A DNA stretch of 64,000 bases from Candidatus Poribacteria bacterium (lineage in GTDB: Bacteria; Poribacteria; WGA-4E; PCPOR2b). Below, in pieces: positions 40,757-51,530 of the stretch. The position numbers and the translations under genes are program-made. The stretch is taken from NCBI GenBank assembly GCA_965215015.1, contig OZ244042.1, positions 4,416,001 to 4,480,000 of the forward strand, read 5' to 3'. Within the stretch, counting starts at the first letter, position 1. Every line of letters starts with the position of its first letter. The notes under the pieces were generated by a model, which saw only the letters and a program-made list of their open reading frames with translations, was not told the DNA's origin and did no database searches.

Positions 40757-41731
40757 CTACTCAAACGCTACCCCCAGCTTGACGCTTTTTTCTGGATGTA
40801 GGTCCATCTCCTCGTAAGCTTGAGGCGATTCGTCGAACGGCACCACAGGTGAGACAATCTCCTCACACCGAAACCGTCCTTCGGAAAGCCACTGCCAGCA
40901 GTGGTCTGTAATGCGCCCGAAATCCCACCGTGGATGATCGCGATTGGGATCGCTGCACGCCCGCGCAAAGATTAGATTCGGGATGTCGAAATGTGCGACA
41001 GCACCGAGATCCAGGCCGCCCTTACATTCCTTCATCCAACCGACAACTGCGACGCTACCACCATACGCTAATCCTCGGATCGCGCCATCCAATGCTTGGT
41101 AATTCGCACTTGTCTCGATTGCCACATCGATTCCAAGGCCGCCAGTCGCTTTCTTCAGTTCCTCCCCTACATCAACGGTAGTTGGGTCGAGCGCGAGGTC
41201 TATCCCGACGTTTTCAACGACTGTGCGTCGTTTGGCGATCGGGTCCACGGCAGCGACAAAGGAAGCACCAGCCATCTTTGCCATCTGCACGGTCATTTGA
41301 CCAATCGCTCCGAGTCCAAAGACTGCAACCCTGTCTCCCAATCGCACCTGACCATCTCGAATGCCGGCAAGGGCAAAATGTGCAGGGTCGTAGCAGACGG
41401 CTTCTTTCCACGTCATCCGGTCGTTCATACGCAAGGCTCGTTCAGCGTTCCACGTGTGTGTTTGTCGGAGGTTTCCATATCCGGCGACCCGGTCGCCTAT
41501 TGAGAATCCCTTGACACCTTCACCAATTTCGATGACCCGACCTACACACATATTGCCCAGTCCCATCGGAAATGTTCCTCCACGAAACCCATGATACCCT
41601 GTCAATTCTGTGCCGCGTTTGGGTGCGCCGAACTCCACCTGGATGCGGATATTTCCTGCTGGCACGGGCCCTTCTTCGTAATCTTGTAAAACAGGCTGCT
41701 GCACTGCGATTGCGACTAATTCTTTTGGCAT
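40757..41731 (-). CDS. MDR-family (zinc-binding dehydrogenase-like) oxidoreductase
   Basis: GTEL, GLGAIG Rossmann motif; start at MPKELV. Confidence 0.8.
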   Translation of the reverse strand: MPKELVAIAVQQPVLQDYEEGPVPAGNIRIQVEFGAPKRGTELTGYHGFRGGTFPMGLGNMCVGRVIEIGEGVKGFSIGDRVAGYGNLRQTHTWNAERALRMNDRMTWKEAVCYDPAHFALAGIRDGQVRLGDRVAVFGLGAIGQMTVQMAKMAGASFVAAVDPIAKRRTVVENVGIDLALDPTTVDVGEELKKATGGLGIDVAIETSANYQALDGAIRGLAYGGSVAVVGWMKECKGGLDLGAVAHFDIPNLIFARACSDPNRDHPRWDFGRITDHCWQWLSEGRFRCEEIVSPVVPFDESPQAYEEMDLHPEKSVKLGVAFE

Positions 41732-42000
41732 TTTGCTCTCCTTATCTTGATTTGACTCCAATCGCCCCGCTGGAGCTTTATAGATAGCAATTTGTGTTAT
41801 TGTAACATTGTGTATAAATTAAATACCAGTGAATTGTGCATAGGGGACATGAAGCTTTCAAGGCTGCCGATATCCTGTTTGCTTCATTGCATATTTCTAT
41901 GTTGACGTCTTGCGGAAAATCTGCTAAAATCACATATGTGAAAAGTAGGCGTCTTATGCCGCTTTGTTTGCGCTATTTGATCCACATATTAGGAGAAATC

Positions 42001-42738
42001 ATGATAAACACGCCAGACATTGAACGCCCGCCCAAACAACTCATTGAAACCCTCTCCGCTATCAGCAGTGCCACTGCTGCTGGTGAACTTTGCCGCTTGG
42101 GTATACGGGATCCTCAAATCTTGGGACCCATTCCCCGCATCCCCGGAAAGTCAGTCGTTGGCCCGGCACTTACCTTGCAATTTATGCCCAAACGCGAAGA
42201 CATCTACGCAGTCGATGAATATAACGATCCTGAAAAACAGCTGCACCGCCACGCGCTCTATCACACCCAGCCCGGCGATATCATCGTCGTTGACGCAAGG
42301 GGAGACATGAGCAGCGGCGTTTTCGGCGAGATGATGTTGACCTTTTTTAAGGGGCGAGGCGGCATCGGCGCGATCGTAGACGGTTGCATCCGGGATTTTC
42401 CCTATGCACAAACTTTAGGGTTGGGATTGTGGTTGAAAGGGACGACTCCCAATTTCCATACGCAAACGAATATCTATCCCTTCGCGGTCAATGTTCCTAT
42501 CGCTTGTGGTGAGACTTTGGTCATGCCGGGGGATATCATTGTGGCTGACGATGATGGTGCGGTTGTGGTTCCGATTAAGCTAGCACCTCAGTTGTGTGAA
42601 ACAGCCACCGCCCACGCGGAATGGGAGGACTTCAGTCGTATGAAGCTGGCTGAGGGTGGTCATTTACGTAAATACTACCCCCTCAACGATGAGGCACGAG
42701 CCGAGTACGAGGCGTGGCGGAAAGCTCAAGAGAAATAG
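42001..42738 (+). CDS. RraA-family / HMG aldolase-like protein
   Basis: GVFGEMM, VDGCIRD, PGDIIVADDDG. Confidence 0.88.
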   Translation: MINTPDIERPPKQLIETLSAISSATAAGELCRLGIRDPQILGPIPRIPGKSVVGPALTLQFMPKREDIYAVDEYNDPEKQLHRHALYHTQPGDIIVVDARGDMSSGVFGEMMLTFFKGRGGIGAIVDGCIRDFPYAQTLGLGLWLKGTTPNFHTQTNIYPFAVNVPIACGETLVMPGDIIVADDDGAVVVPIKLAPQLCETATAHAEWEDFSRMKLAEGGHLRKYYPLNDEARAEYEAWRKAQEK

Positions 42739-42841
42739 AAGGGCAAAGTATCGGTTATCAATGCTAAGCTTGAAGCTTTCGTTAATCATGAAACTCTTGT
42801 AACAGGAGACCACTACCGAGGGATAATTTAAGGAGGGAAAT

Positions 42842-43981
42842 TTGCTGATATCAACAACACAAATTCCTCCCCAGATAGGTGAGTTTTGGACATCGAAACA
42901 ACGCGCGGGACACTCTCTACATGAAATTTCATACCGTGCATGTTACAAGCCCCAGTTGCCTGCGTTTTTTATTAAACGGTTCTGCAAAATGGATGATGTT
43001 GTTTATGACCCGTTTATGGGACGCGGAACTACACTGATTGAGGCACAGCTGCATGGCTGTCGTGCCTATGGAAACGATATAAACCCTTTGTCTCAGGTCC
43101 TGACAAAGCCTCGCCTTACACCGCCAACCTTATCACAAATTGAACAACGGTTACTAGAGATAACATTACCAACAACTAAAACAATAAACCCCGACCTATT
43201 GGTATTCTTTGAAGAAGGAACCCTTCAAGAGTTGTATGGGTGGCGGACATACTTTCGGGAAAAGCAGGAGGATAACCAATTGGATCGGACTGATGCGTGG
43301 CTACAGATGGTTGCGTGTAACCGTTTAACCGGACATTCCAAGGGGTTCTTTTCGGTTTACACACTCCCGCCTAACCAAGCAACCTCAGTACAAGCACAGC
43401 AAAAGATTAATCAGAAGCGCGGTCAAAAACCGGAGTACAGAGATACAAAACAGCTTATACTCAAGAAATCCAAGCAGTTGCTTAGACATAGTATTCCTGA
43501 TCGCTTCTGGCGAGATGATGCACGCCTGTTTGCTGAATCGGCAGATCAAACAACACAGATTCGTAACGATTCCGTTAATCTTGTTGTGACCTCCCCACCG
43601 TTTCTCGATACGGTCAATTACATTCAGGATAATTGGCTGCGAATGTGGTTTTGTGATATAGAGATGGCAACCGGCAAAATATGGCAATTAAAACGTCTAA
43701 AAGATTGGATTTTGCAGATGAAGAAGGTATTTATTGAATTGCGAAGGATTCTTAAACCCCAAGGTCGAATCGCTTTTGAGGTAGGTGAGGTACGCAGTGG
43801 ATCCATATTGTTAGAAGAGGCGGTTGTCGAGGCAGCATCAGGAGCGGGGTTGATAGCGGAAGGCATACTCATCAATACCCAGCACTTTACAAAAACTGCA
43901 AACTGTTGGGGAGTTTCCAATAATAGCAAAGGCACAAATAGTAATCGCATTGTGATTCTGAAGAAGGACACACCTATTTAA
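42842..43981 (+). CDS. Site-specific DNA methyltransferase (amino-MTase, probably N4-cytosine)
   Basis: DPFMGRGTT (motif I) precedes TSPPF (motif IV); RILKPQG. Confidence 0.85.
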   Translation: MLISTTQIPPQIGEFWTSKQRAGHSLHEISYRACYKPQLPAFFIKRFCKMDDVVYDPFMGRGTTLIEAQLHGCRAYGNDINPLSQVLTKPRLTPPTLSQIEQRLLEITLPTTKTINPDLLVFFEEGTLQELYGWRTYFREKQEDNQLDRTDAWLQMVACNRLTGHSKGFFSVYTLPPNQATSVQAQQKINQKRGQKPEYRDTKQLILKKSKQLLRHSIPDRFWRDDARLFAESADQTTQIRNDSVNLVVTSPPFLDTVNYIQDNWLRMWFCDIEMATGKIWQLKRLKDWILQMKKVFIELRRILKPQGRIAFEVGEVRSGSILLEEAVVEAASGAGLIAEGILINTQHFTKTANCWGVSNNSKGTNSNRIVILKKDTPI

Positions 43982-44010
43982 GTTTTCATCTATTCATAAG
44001 GAGAAAGTCA

Positions 44011-45639
44011 ATGCAAGACACAAATGCTCAACAGATAGGTTGGAAGGCTGTCAGCAAGACAGGTGTTGTTGCTGCAGGCGGTGCCGGGGCTGTTGCTGCC
44101 GGGATTGAGATTCTGGAGGCAGGTGGTAATGCGGCAGATGCGGCGGCGGCTACAATTCTTGCGCTTAACGTCACAGACCATATTGCCTGTTCTATCGGTG
44201 GTGAGGTGCCGGTGCTTATTTTTGACGCGGAAAATCGGGAAGTGAAATCGCTCTCTGGTCAGGGACGCGCTCCGCTTTCACAAACAGCCATTGATTGGTA
44301 TATGAAAAACGGCATTCCAGCGAGTGACATGAAAATGGCACCTGTGCCTTCGGTTGTCGATCTGTGTATTACAACACTCCAGCGGTATGGAACTAAGACG
44401 TTTGAGGAAATCATTGCGCCCACGCTTGGTCTCTTGGACGCGGGAGACGAGGATTGGCACCCCAAACTCGCGGTTACCTTACGCCGGATGGTCGAGGAGG
44501 AGCAGATTACACCCGGGGACCGTGAAACAAAGCTGCAAGCTGCAACCGATCGCTTTTACGGACGGAACAAATTTCGCAATGATATTGCCGAAGAATTGGA
44601 AGCGTTTTACATCAAAAAGGGCGGATTCCTTCGTAAGGCGGATCTTGCCGCTCACACCACGCTAATCGAGGACCCCGTAAAAGTGGATTACCACGGATAT
44701 ACGGTGTACAAGTGCGGCACGTGGACACAGGGACCTTATCTCTGTCAGGCGTTGCGCTTGCTGGAAGGTTTTGATTTGAAAGGGATGGGGCATTTCTCAG
44801 CGGATTATGTCCATGTGGTCACGGAGGCGATTAAGTTGGCGATGGCAGATCGCGACGAATACTACGGCGACCCGGTCTTTGTGGATGTTCCGATGGAGGG
44901 GCTACTTTCCGCGGCCTACACCGAAATTCGCCGACCACTAATTGATATGCAAAAAGCCTCACTGGACGCCCGTCCGGGTGATATAAAGAACATGCAGCCG
45001 TTGAAGCCGGGTGGCGTGTTTCGGCCGGGGGTTGGGGGAACGACGACCTGTGTCGTTGCGGATCGATGGGGCAATGTAGTTGCTGCTACGCCTTCTGCCA
45101 ACGTCTACCGCGAAGAAGGTATGGGGGGATCAACAGGCGTCAGCTACGGAAACCGCCTGCGAAGTCTCAACACAGTTCCGGGGCATCCAAACTGTATCCA
45201 ACCGGGAAAGCGCCCGCGTATTACGCTGACCCCCACGCTCGTTCTGAAGAATGGGAGCCCGATTTTGGCGATTAGTGTCGCAGGCGGCGATTTGCAAGAC
45301 CAAGCAACCCTGAACTTACTTTTGGATTTCATTGAGTTTGATATGCAGCCTGAAGCTGCCGTCATCGCGCCACGCTTCGCCACGACACATCACCAAGACT
45401 CCTTTGATCCAAATCCCAACCGTGAAGAGGCATTCATTCAGGCAGGGGCGTTGACTGTCAGTGACACGGTGGATTCAGAGGTTCAACAGGAGTTGGTCCG
45501 GCGTGGACATCAGCTTGAGGCCAAGGCATCTCCAATTGCTACACCTGTTATGCTCTCTATTGACCAAGATAGTGGGATGCTCTATGCTGCGGGCGATCCG
45601 GCTGCGAATCGTCATGCGGCGGGGTTGGACGACGAATAA
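44011..45639 (+). CDS. ggt: Gamma-glutamyltransferase family protein
   Basis: GGNAADAA, ADR..YYGDP, GTT...VAD..GN, PGKRPR.TL.P. Confidence 0.9.
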   Translation: MQDTNAQQIGWKAVSKTGVVAAGGAGAVAAGIEILEAGGNAADAAAATILALNVTDHIACSIGGEVPVLIFDAENREVKSLSGQGRAPLSQTAIDWYMKNGIPASDMKMAPVPSVVDLCITTLQRYGTKTFEEIIAPTLGLLDAGDEDWHPKLAVTLRRMVEEEQITPGDRETKLQAATDRFYGRNKFRNDIAEELEAFYIKKGGFLRKADLAAHTTLIEDPVKVDYHGYTVYKCGTWTQGPYLCQALRLLEGFDLKGMGHFSADYVHVVTEAIKLAMADRDEYYGDPVFVDVPMEGLLSAAYTEIRRPLIDMQKASLDARPGDIKNMQPLKPGGVFRPGVGGTTTCVVADRWGNVVAATPSANVYREEGMGGSTGVSYGNRLRSLNTVPGHPNCIQPGKRPRITLTPTLVLKNGSPILAISVAGGDLQDQATLNLLLDFIEFDMQPEAAVIAPRFATTHHQDSFDPNPNREEAFIQAGALTVSDTVDSEVQQELVRRGHQLEAKASPIATPVMLSIDQDSGMLYAAGDPAANRHAAGLDDE

Positions 45640-45651
45640 GAGGAAATAGCA

Positions 45652-46635
45652 ATGGCTGAACGACTGACAGTCCTGTTTTTGCCCCATCCACTCGGCCCCC
45701 CAATGTTCAAACCGTCGGGGGAGGATGTGATAGCTGCAATCGGGGACCGCCACGATTTGCGTATTTTGGATTACAATCAACCCATCGCCCCGCAGTTTGA
45801 GCGGGTTGACGTAGTCATAGATCACGGCGGTTCAGCAGGCACCCGAGAGATGGCTGACGCAGCGGCAGGAACGGTGCGTCTCTGGCAAATTCTTGGAACA
45901 GGCTTTGACCATTTCGATTTGGAGTATTGGCAGTCCAAGAATCTGCCTGTTGCGAACTGTCCGGGGATTTTCAGTGCTGTGGCGTTGGCTGAATGTGCCA
46001 TAATGTTCATGCTGATGCTCGCACGTCAATACCCGGTTACCCAAACGAATCTGAAGCGGGGAGACCTGTATAGACCGGTTGGGATGGAGCTTGACGGATT
46101 GAGCTTGGGAATTGTCGGTTTCGGTGCGAGCGGAAAAGAGTTGGCACGTCGAGCCGCGCCTTTTGGCTTGAAAATGTCGGCGATTGATATCCGCGATGTT
46201 GGGACGGATGAAATCAACGAATTTGATTTGGAGTTTGTTGGGAAACCGAAGGATCTGGACTCAGTTATCGCTGCCTCCGATTTTTTATCGCTACATCTCC
46301 ATCTCAGCGCGGAGACGCACCACACCATTAACGCACGTCGTTTGCGCTTGATGAAACCGACAGCGTTTCTAATTAATGTCGCAAGGGGGGCATTGGTTGA
46401 TGAAGACGCCTTGATCGAGGTGTTGGCGGAGGGCAAAATCGCCGGTGCAGGGCTTGATGTCTTCGGACAGGAACCACCGGATCCAGATTCGGCTATCTTC
46501 AGTCTACCGAATGTGATTGCAACGCCTCATATCTCAGGGACAACCGATGGCACCTCACAGAAACGGGCGGGTGCGGCGGCGGAGAATGTTGATAGGATAG
46601 CAGCGGGATTGGAACCGTTGTACCTCATATCTTGA
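45652..46635 (+). CDS. D-isomer specific 2-hydroxyacid dehydrogenase
   Basis: GFGASG, INVARG, LDVF..EP, TPHI. Confidence 0.9.
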   Translation: MAERLTVLFLPHPLGPPMFKPSGEDVIAAIGDRHDLRILDYNQPIAPQFERVDVVIDHGGSAGTREMADAAAGTVRLWQILGTGFDHFDLEYWQSKNLPVANCPGIFSAVALAECAIMFMLMLARQYPVTQTNLKRGDLYRPVGMELDGLSLGIVGFGASGKELARRAAPFGLKMSAIDIRDVGTDEINEFDLEFVGKPKDLDSVIAASDFLSLHLHLSAETHHTINARRLRLMKPTAFLINVARGALVDEDALIEVLAEGKIAGAGLDVFGQEPPDPDSAIFSLPNVIATPHISGTTDGTSQKRAGAAAENVDRIAAGLEPLYLIS

Positions 46636-46669
46636 GAAATCATTATCCTCCAGTCTGTAGAAGCAAGGA

Positions 46670-46933
46670 TGGCGCAGCGGAGTGTACCTACTATTTTGGG
46701 ATGAGCTGTCGCCGCCCGATGAATCGGGCGGCGTGAGTCTTATAGACACCAATACTGTCGCTCAACATACTTGGTATTTTCAATTCACCAAACACTGTCG
46801 AGAGGCACACTTGGTATTTGATGAGTCACCGAGGATACCATGACTATTGCGCCATAATCCTGGCTCAACCAACCATAACCATTGCGCGACCTTTTTTGGT
46901 GTTGGGTTTGAACGTTCAACTGCGTAAATCCTA
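46670..46933 (+). mobile_element. Family A element, right part only
   Basis: Ends TTGAACGTTCAACTGCGTAAATCCTA; modules shared with 10063, 49540 and 63212. Confidence 0.65.
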
Positions 46934-47212
46934 AATGTCAATAATTTGTAGGTTGGGCCTGCTCGCCTAACCTATAGTATAGGTCGAGATATGAATCTCG
47001 ACAAAATACCCGGCGTGTCGAGCAATAATCCGGGCAGCTTGAGCTAGGATTATCGTCCCATAGTATCTGGTACTCTATAGCGCAATGTTGTAGGTACTTT
47101 CGATTTTGGAAAATCGACCGACACATTGAAAACACTCGGAATGGAGATGGGTTCAATTTATCAAATGTCAACACGTCCTAGTTGGGAGGGAGGTATTTTA
47201 CAAAGGTTTTGA

Positions 47213-48562
47213 ATGTTTTTTAAGAGGAACTCACAAAATCGTAACCTGAACAAGCAGATTCTTAGCCTTGCTATCCCCAATATTATCAGCAATCTGTCGG
47301 TGCCGATGCTGAGTGTCGTGGATACCGCGTTGATGGGACGGCTAGAAAATGAACGGTATCTTGGAGCCATTGCCATCGGCGGCATCATTTTCGGTTTTGT
47401 GTACTGGGGGTTTGGATTCCTCCGAATGGGTGTCACAGGACTGACGGCACAAGCTTATGGCGCAAGAGATTCCCAGGAAAGCACGTTAATCCTGAAGCGG
47501 GCGGCGATTGTCGCACTACTGATTGGTCTGCTGCTCATTATCCTTCAACCCCTAATTGCAGCACTTAGCTTTTATCTGATGGACGCCGGCACCGAAGTTG
47601 AACAACTTGCGCGTTCCTATTTTCACATCCGTATCTATGCTGCGCCAGCTACTTTAACTCTGCATGTATTCCATGGTTGGTTCCTGGGCATGCAGAATGC
47701 CAAATATCCGATGTTCCTCACCATCGTGGTGAATCTGCTGAACCTTGCGTTGAATTTCTTTTTTGTGAAGATTCTGATGATGACCTCCGATGGGGTTGCC
47801 CTTGGAACTGTGATTGCCCAGTACCTTGGGTTGTTATGCACAATTGGACTATTTTGGAGGAGATATAGGCATCTATGGGATGGGTGGCGTCTAAAAGGGG
47901 TGCTGCATCTTCCAGCCTTGAGGCGTTTTTTCGGGATAAGCAGGGATATCTTCATCCGCACGCTGTCCGTGCTTTTCTGCCATGCGTTTTTCACATCAAA
48001 GGCCGCAGCGTTCAGTGACACAGCACTCGCCATCAATACCATCCTTTTGCAGTTTATCCATATCTTGGCTTATGGTACTGACGGTTTTGCTTTTGCGGCG
48101 GAAAGCCTTGTCGGCAGGTACAAAGGGGCACGGCAGATAACCAACTTAAAACGTTCCGTGCGATATTCGTTTTGGTGGGCGTTGTTTCTTTCGGCAGGAT
48201 TCAGTCTGGTCTTTGGATTACTTGGGACAAAATTACTGTACCTTTTCACGGACAAAACGAATCTGCTAACCGGTGCCCGCCCCTACCTAATCTGGATCGC
48301 GATAGCCCCGCCCATCAATTCTATCGCGTATATCTGGGACGGGGTGTTTATCGGTGCCACTGCCTCTGCTGCCATGCGAAACTCGATGTTGGCTTCGACG
48401 GTAGTCTTTCTATTAGCATATTTTCTATTGAGAGGATTGGGAAACCATGGGCTCTGGATGGCATTGACGCTATTTTCGATTGCACGCGGCGCAACGTTAA
48501 CCTTCTTTGCACCTAAGCACATCTTTTCATTGAGTGCGCCGCAAAATCGGTGTTTGACATGA
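47213..48562 (+). CDS. dinF: MATE family efflux transporter, DinF-like
   Basis: LA.PNIISNLSVP, GFLRMG.TG..AQA.G, DGFAFAAESL.G. Confidence 0.88.
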   Translation: MFFKRNSQNRNLNKQILSLAIPNIISNLSVPMLSVVDTALMGRLENERYLGAIAIGGIIFGFVYWGFGFLRMGVTGLTAQAYGARDSQESTLILKRAAIVALLIGLLLIILQPLIAALSFYLMDAGTEVEQLARSYFHIRIYAAPATLTLHVFHGWFLGMQNAKYPMFLTIVVNLLNLALNFFFVKILMMTSDGVALGTVIAQYLGLLCTIGLFWRRYRHLWDGWRLKGVLHLPALRRFFGISRDIFIRTLSVLFCHAFFTSKAAAFSDTALAINTILLQFIHILAYGTDGFAFAAESLVGRYKGARQITNLKRSVRYSFWWALFLSAGFSLVFGLLGTKLLYLFTDKTNLLTGARPYLIWIAIAPPINSIAYIWDGVFIGATASAAMRNSMLASTVVFLLAYFLLRGLGNHGLWMALTLFSIARGATLTFFAPKHIFSLSAPQNRCLT

Positions 48563-48730
48563 GAATAATGTGTAAAAGCAATGCGAATGCGTAAGAGATT
48601 TTCTACACAATCACCGTCATGTTTGTAAGCATGTTTTTTTTACCCTTACGTATTATTTTTTCAGAAAACACAAAGAAGTCAGTAGTAACTTATTGCCTTA
48701 CATAACATGCATATTTGGAGGAAGTTCACG

Positions 48731-49504
48731 ATGGTATTAAAAGATCGGGTCGCCATTGTTACCGGTGCCAGTTCCGGTATCGGACGAGGAATTGCGGTCG
48801 AATTCGCCCGTGAAGGTGCTAATGTTGTCATCGCTGATATTCAAGAAGTTCCCAAACGTGGCAAGTACCATGAACAGGACGTGACACTCCCAACGGTTGA
48901 AGAGGTCGAAAAACTGGGAGCCCAAGGGCTATTCGTCCAAACCGATATGTCAGATGACTCGCAAGTCGATCGACTGATTCAGGAGGCGGTTGGACACTTT
49001 GGTGAGTTGGATATTCTTGTCAATAACGCTGGTGTCCATATCCCCGGCACTAGCCAAGAAATTACGATCGCCGATTGGGACAAGGTGGTTGGTGTGAACT
49101 TGCGTGGTATTTTTGTGGCGACAAAGCTCGCCATCCCCCACTTGACAAAATCTCAATATGGTCGTATTATCCAAATCGCTTCCGTTCACGCCTTCGGTGG
49201 TGGCGGTGGTCCCGCTTACGCTTCGGCGAAAGCTGCCCTTGTCAACATGGTGCGTGACACCGCCTTGGAAGTCGGAGGATACGGCGTCACCGTCAACGCA
49301 ATCTGCCCCGGCTATATTGAAACCGCGATCCAAGATTACCTGACGCCCAAACAGATTCAGGAAGCGAGTGAGAGAACGGTGATGCCGCGTTTCGGTTTGC
49401 CGCGGGATATTGGTCGGGCGTCGGTTTTTCTGGCATCGGATGATGCAGAGTGGATCACCGGTGCTTCGTTGCTGGTTGACGGTGGGTATATCGCTGGGCT
49501 TTAG
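48731..49504 (+). CDS. Short-chain dehydrogenase/reductase
   Basis: TGASSGIG, NNAG, YASAK, VDGG. Confidence 0.92.
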   Translation: MVLKDRVAIVTGASSGIGRGIAVEFAREGANVVIADIQEVPKRGKYHEQDVTLPTVEEVEKLGAQGLFVQTDMSDDSQVDRLIQEAVGHFGELDILVNNAGVHIPGTSQEITIADWDKVVGVNLRGIFVATKLAIPHLTKSQYGRIIQIASVHAFGGGGGPAYASAKAALVNMVRDTALEVGGYGVTVNAICPGYIETAIQDYLTPKQIQEASERTVMPRFGLPRDIGRASVFLASDDAEWITGASLLVDGGYIAGL

Positions 49505-49539
49505 TGAGGGGGTAAGGGTTACGATTTACTCAATCAGAT

Positions 49540-49832
49540 TAGGAGTTAGGGAATTGAGTTTATAGTAGCGTAATTCAACCCGCGTCTTTAGGGGACTAGG
49601 CATACGCCGTATGCCATAACCCTTGCACAAATGATGGGATAGCGGAGGTGGGCATACTCCTGTAGGATGAACTGGAGTTGCCCGATGAATCGGGCGGCGT
49701 GAGTCGTATGGATACCAACAACGTTGCGCGACAGGTCCAGGCTCAATTCACCAAACACGGTCCCACAACATACCGGGTATTTGATTCATCACCGAGCTAC
49801 GAGGGTTTGAACGTTCAACTGCGTAAGTCCTA
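49540..49832 (+). mobile_element. MITE-like element, family A
   Basis: TAGGAGTTAGGGAATTGAG ... TTCAACTGCGTAAGTCCTA. Confidence 0.72.
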
Positions 49833-49883
49833 TAGGTATTACACTTTATCATACTGTAAATCAGACTGAAAAAGGAGAATTTC

Positions 49884-50957
49884 ATGAGTCAGAAAACGTA
49901 TCGTGCCGCTGCGATTGGACACACCGGTGCCGGAAACTATGGACACGGACTTCATTTGCCGTTTAAGGAGTTGGAGAACATTGAATTTGTTGCCATTGCG
50001 GATCCAGACGCAGCAGGACGGCAGACGGAGATGGAAAAGACAGGCGTGCAACTTGGTTACGCCGATTACCGTGAAATGCTGGGCACAGAGAAACTGGACA
50101 TTGTCAGTGTGGGACCCCGCTGGACGAGCGATCACCTTGAGATATTACTGGCATGTCTCAACGCCGGTTGCCACGTCTACAGCGAAAAGCCGATGACAGC
50201 TACCCTCGCCGAGGGAGATCAAATCGTAGAAGCGGCAAGTCGAGCAGAAAAAAAAGTCGCGGTCGCGCATCAGGCGGTCTATCTGCCATCGGTTCAAGCG
50301 ATCAAACAGATGCTGCACGACGGGGCAATTGGGACGGTTCAAGCGATTCACGCACACGGTAAGCAGGACCGGCGCGGCGGTGGTGAGGACATGATTGTGC
50401 TTGGCACGCACCTTTTCAATATGATGCGCTTTTTCATCGGAAATGTTAAATGGATGCAGGCACATGTCACAGAAAACGGGGAAGAGGTTACAATCGACGA
50501 TGCGCGTAACGCTACCGAGCCAGTAGGCCTTGTCGCTGGTGATTGCATCAACAGCTACTTCGCTTTTGAAAGTGGTGTTTCTGGATTATTTGATTCCCGA
50601 AAGCACGAGGTGAGCGGTGATTACTACGGAATGGAGATTATCGGTAGCGAAGGCAGATTATCGATGCGAGGCGGTGGGGGGGACAGTTTGGTCATCTATC
50701 CCCATTCGTGCTGGTCACCGGCTGATACCTCTCAAAAATGGGAAGCGGTGCCGGTTGATGACACGCCTTTTTCTAGCGGGAACAACCTTGCAGTTCTTGA
50801 TCTGATTGATGCGATTGAAAACGACCGTAAGCCAATTTCCGCTGCGGAAGATGCCGTTGCGGCGTTGGAAATGATTCTCGGTGCCTACGAATCACAGCTG
50901 ACAGGAAAGCGTGTTTCGTTCCCTATCGAAAATCGAGAGCATCCACTGAAAAGATAA
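49884..50957 (+). CDS. Gfo/Idh/MocA family oxidoreductase
   Basis: EKPM, LGTH. Confidence 0.88.
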   Translation: MSQKTYRAAAIGHTGAGNYGHGLHLPFKELENIEFVAIADPDAAGRQTEMEKTGVQLGYADYREMLGTEKLDIVSVGPRWTSDHLEILLACLNAGCHVYSEKPMTATLAEGDQIVEAASRAEKKVAVAHQAVYLPSVQAIKQMLHDGAIGTVQAIHAHGKQDRRGGGEDMIVLGTHLFNMMRFFIGNVKWMQAHVTENGEEVTIDDARNATEPVGLVAGDCINSYFAFESGVSGLFDSRKHEVSGDYYGMEIIGSEGRLSMRGGGGDSLVIYPHSCWSPADTSQKWEAVPVDDTPFSSGNNLAVLDLIDAIENDRKPISAAEDAVAALEMILGAYESQLTGKRVSFPIENREHPLKR

Positions 50958-51013
50958 CTGTGGACATCATTGAAAACTCCCTTTAGGTCTGAAGGCCCGG
51001 GCTGTAAACTTAA

Positions 51014-51297
51014 TAGGAGTTACGGAATTGAGTTTGTAGTCGCGCAATTCAACCTACGTCTTGAAGGGAGTAGGCATACGCCGTATGCCGTACCCCCCCT
51101 AACCCCTCCGCTTGCGAGGGGACTAAGGGGATCTTAGGGGAGGACGGCACGGCGGAGCGTGCCTATTACTGTAGAATTAACTGTAGTTGCCCGATTCATC
51201 GGACGTTAGAAAAGGTATCCAGCGGTGATAAATCGCCGAGCTACAAGTCAAAGCCTCTTGGAACGGAGGCTTCGAGCGTTCAACTGCGTAGGTCCTA
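51014..51297 (+). mobile_element. MITE-like element, family A
   Basis: TAGGAGTTACGGAATTGAG ... TTCAACTGCGTAGGTCCTA. Confidence 0.75.
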
Positions 51298-51325
51298 GTA
51301 AGTAGGATTTGGGCTGCGTTTGATA

Positions 51326-51354
51326 TTGACGTTACCCTTTTTTCGTGTTAAAAT
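51326..51354 (+). promoter_or_regulatory. Sigma70-type promoter of the nfeD-floA operon
   Basis: TTGACG-17 bp-TAAAAT with extended TG. Confidence 0.6.
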
Positions 51355-51530
51355 GAAAGGGTAAGATTGTATTGTTCCTTTCAAGGGAATAGTTCCTGCA
51401 ACTTTGGTAAATAGACATGTGGATTGTCCTATTAATTTGCCAGGGTCAAGTTATTCATGGCCATACAAAATCAGCACGACTTGGTAAACAATCTGAACGC
51501 TTTAGCGGTTTCTTCAAGGGGGGAAAGCCC

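Noticed and set aside
46670-47180. Repeat-rich intergenic regions as CRISPR arrays
   Set aside because: No regularly spaced identical repeats with unique spacers, and no cas genes; these are dispersed hairpin mosaics
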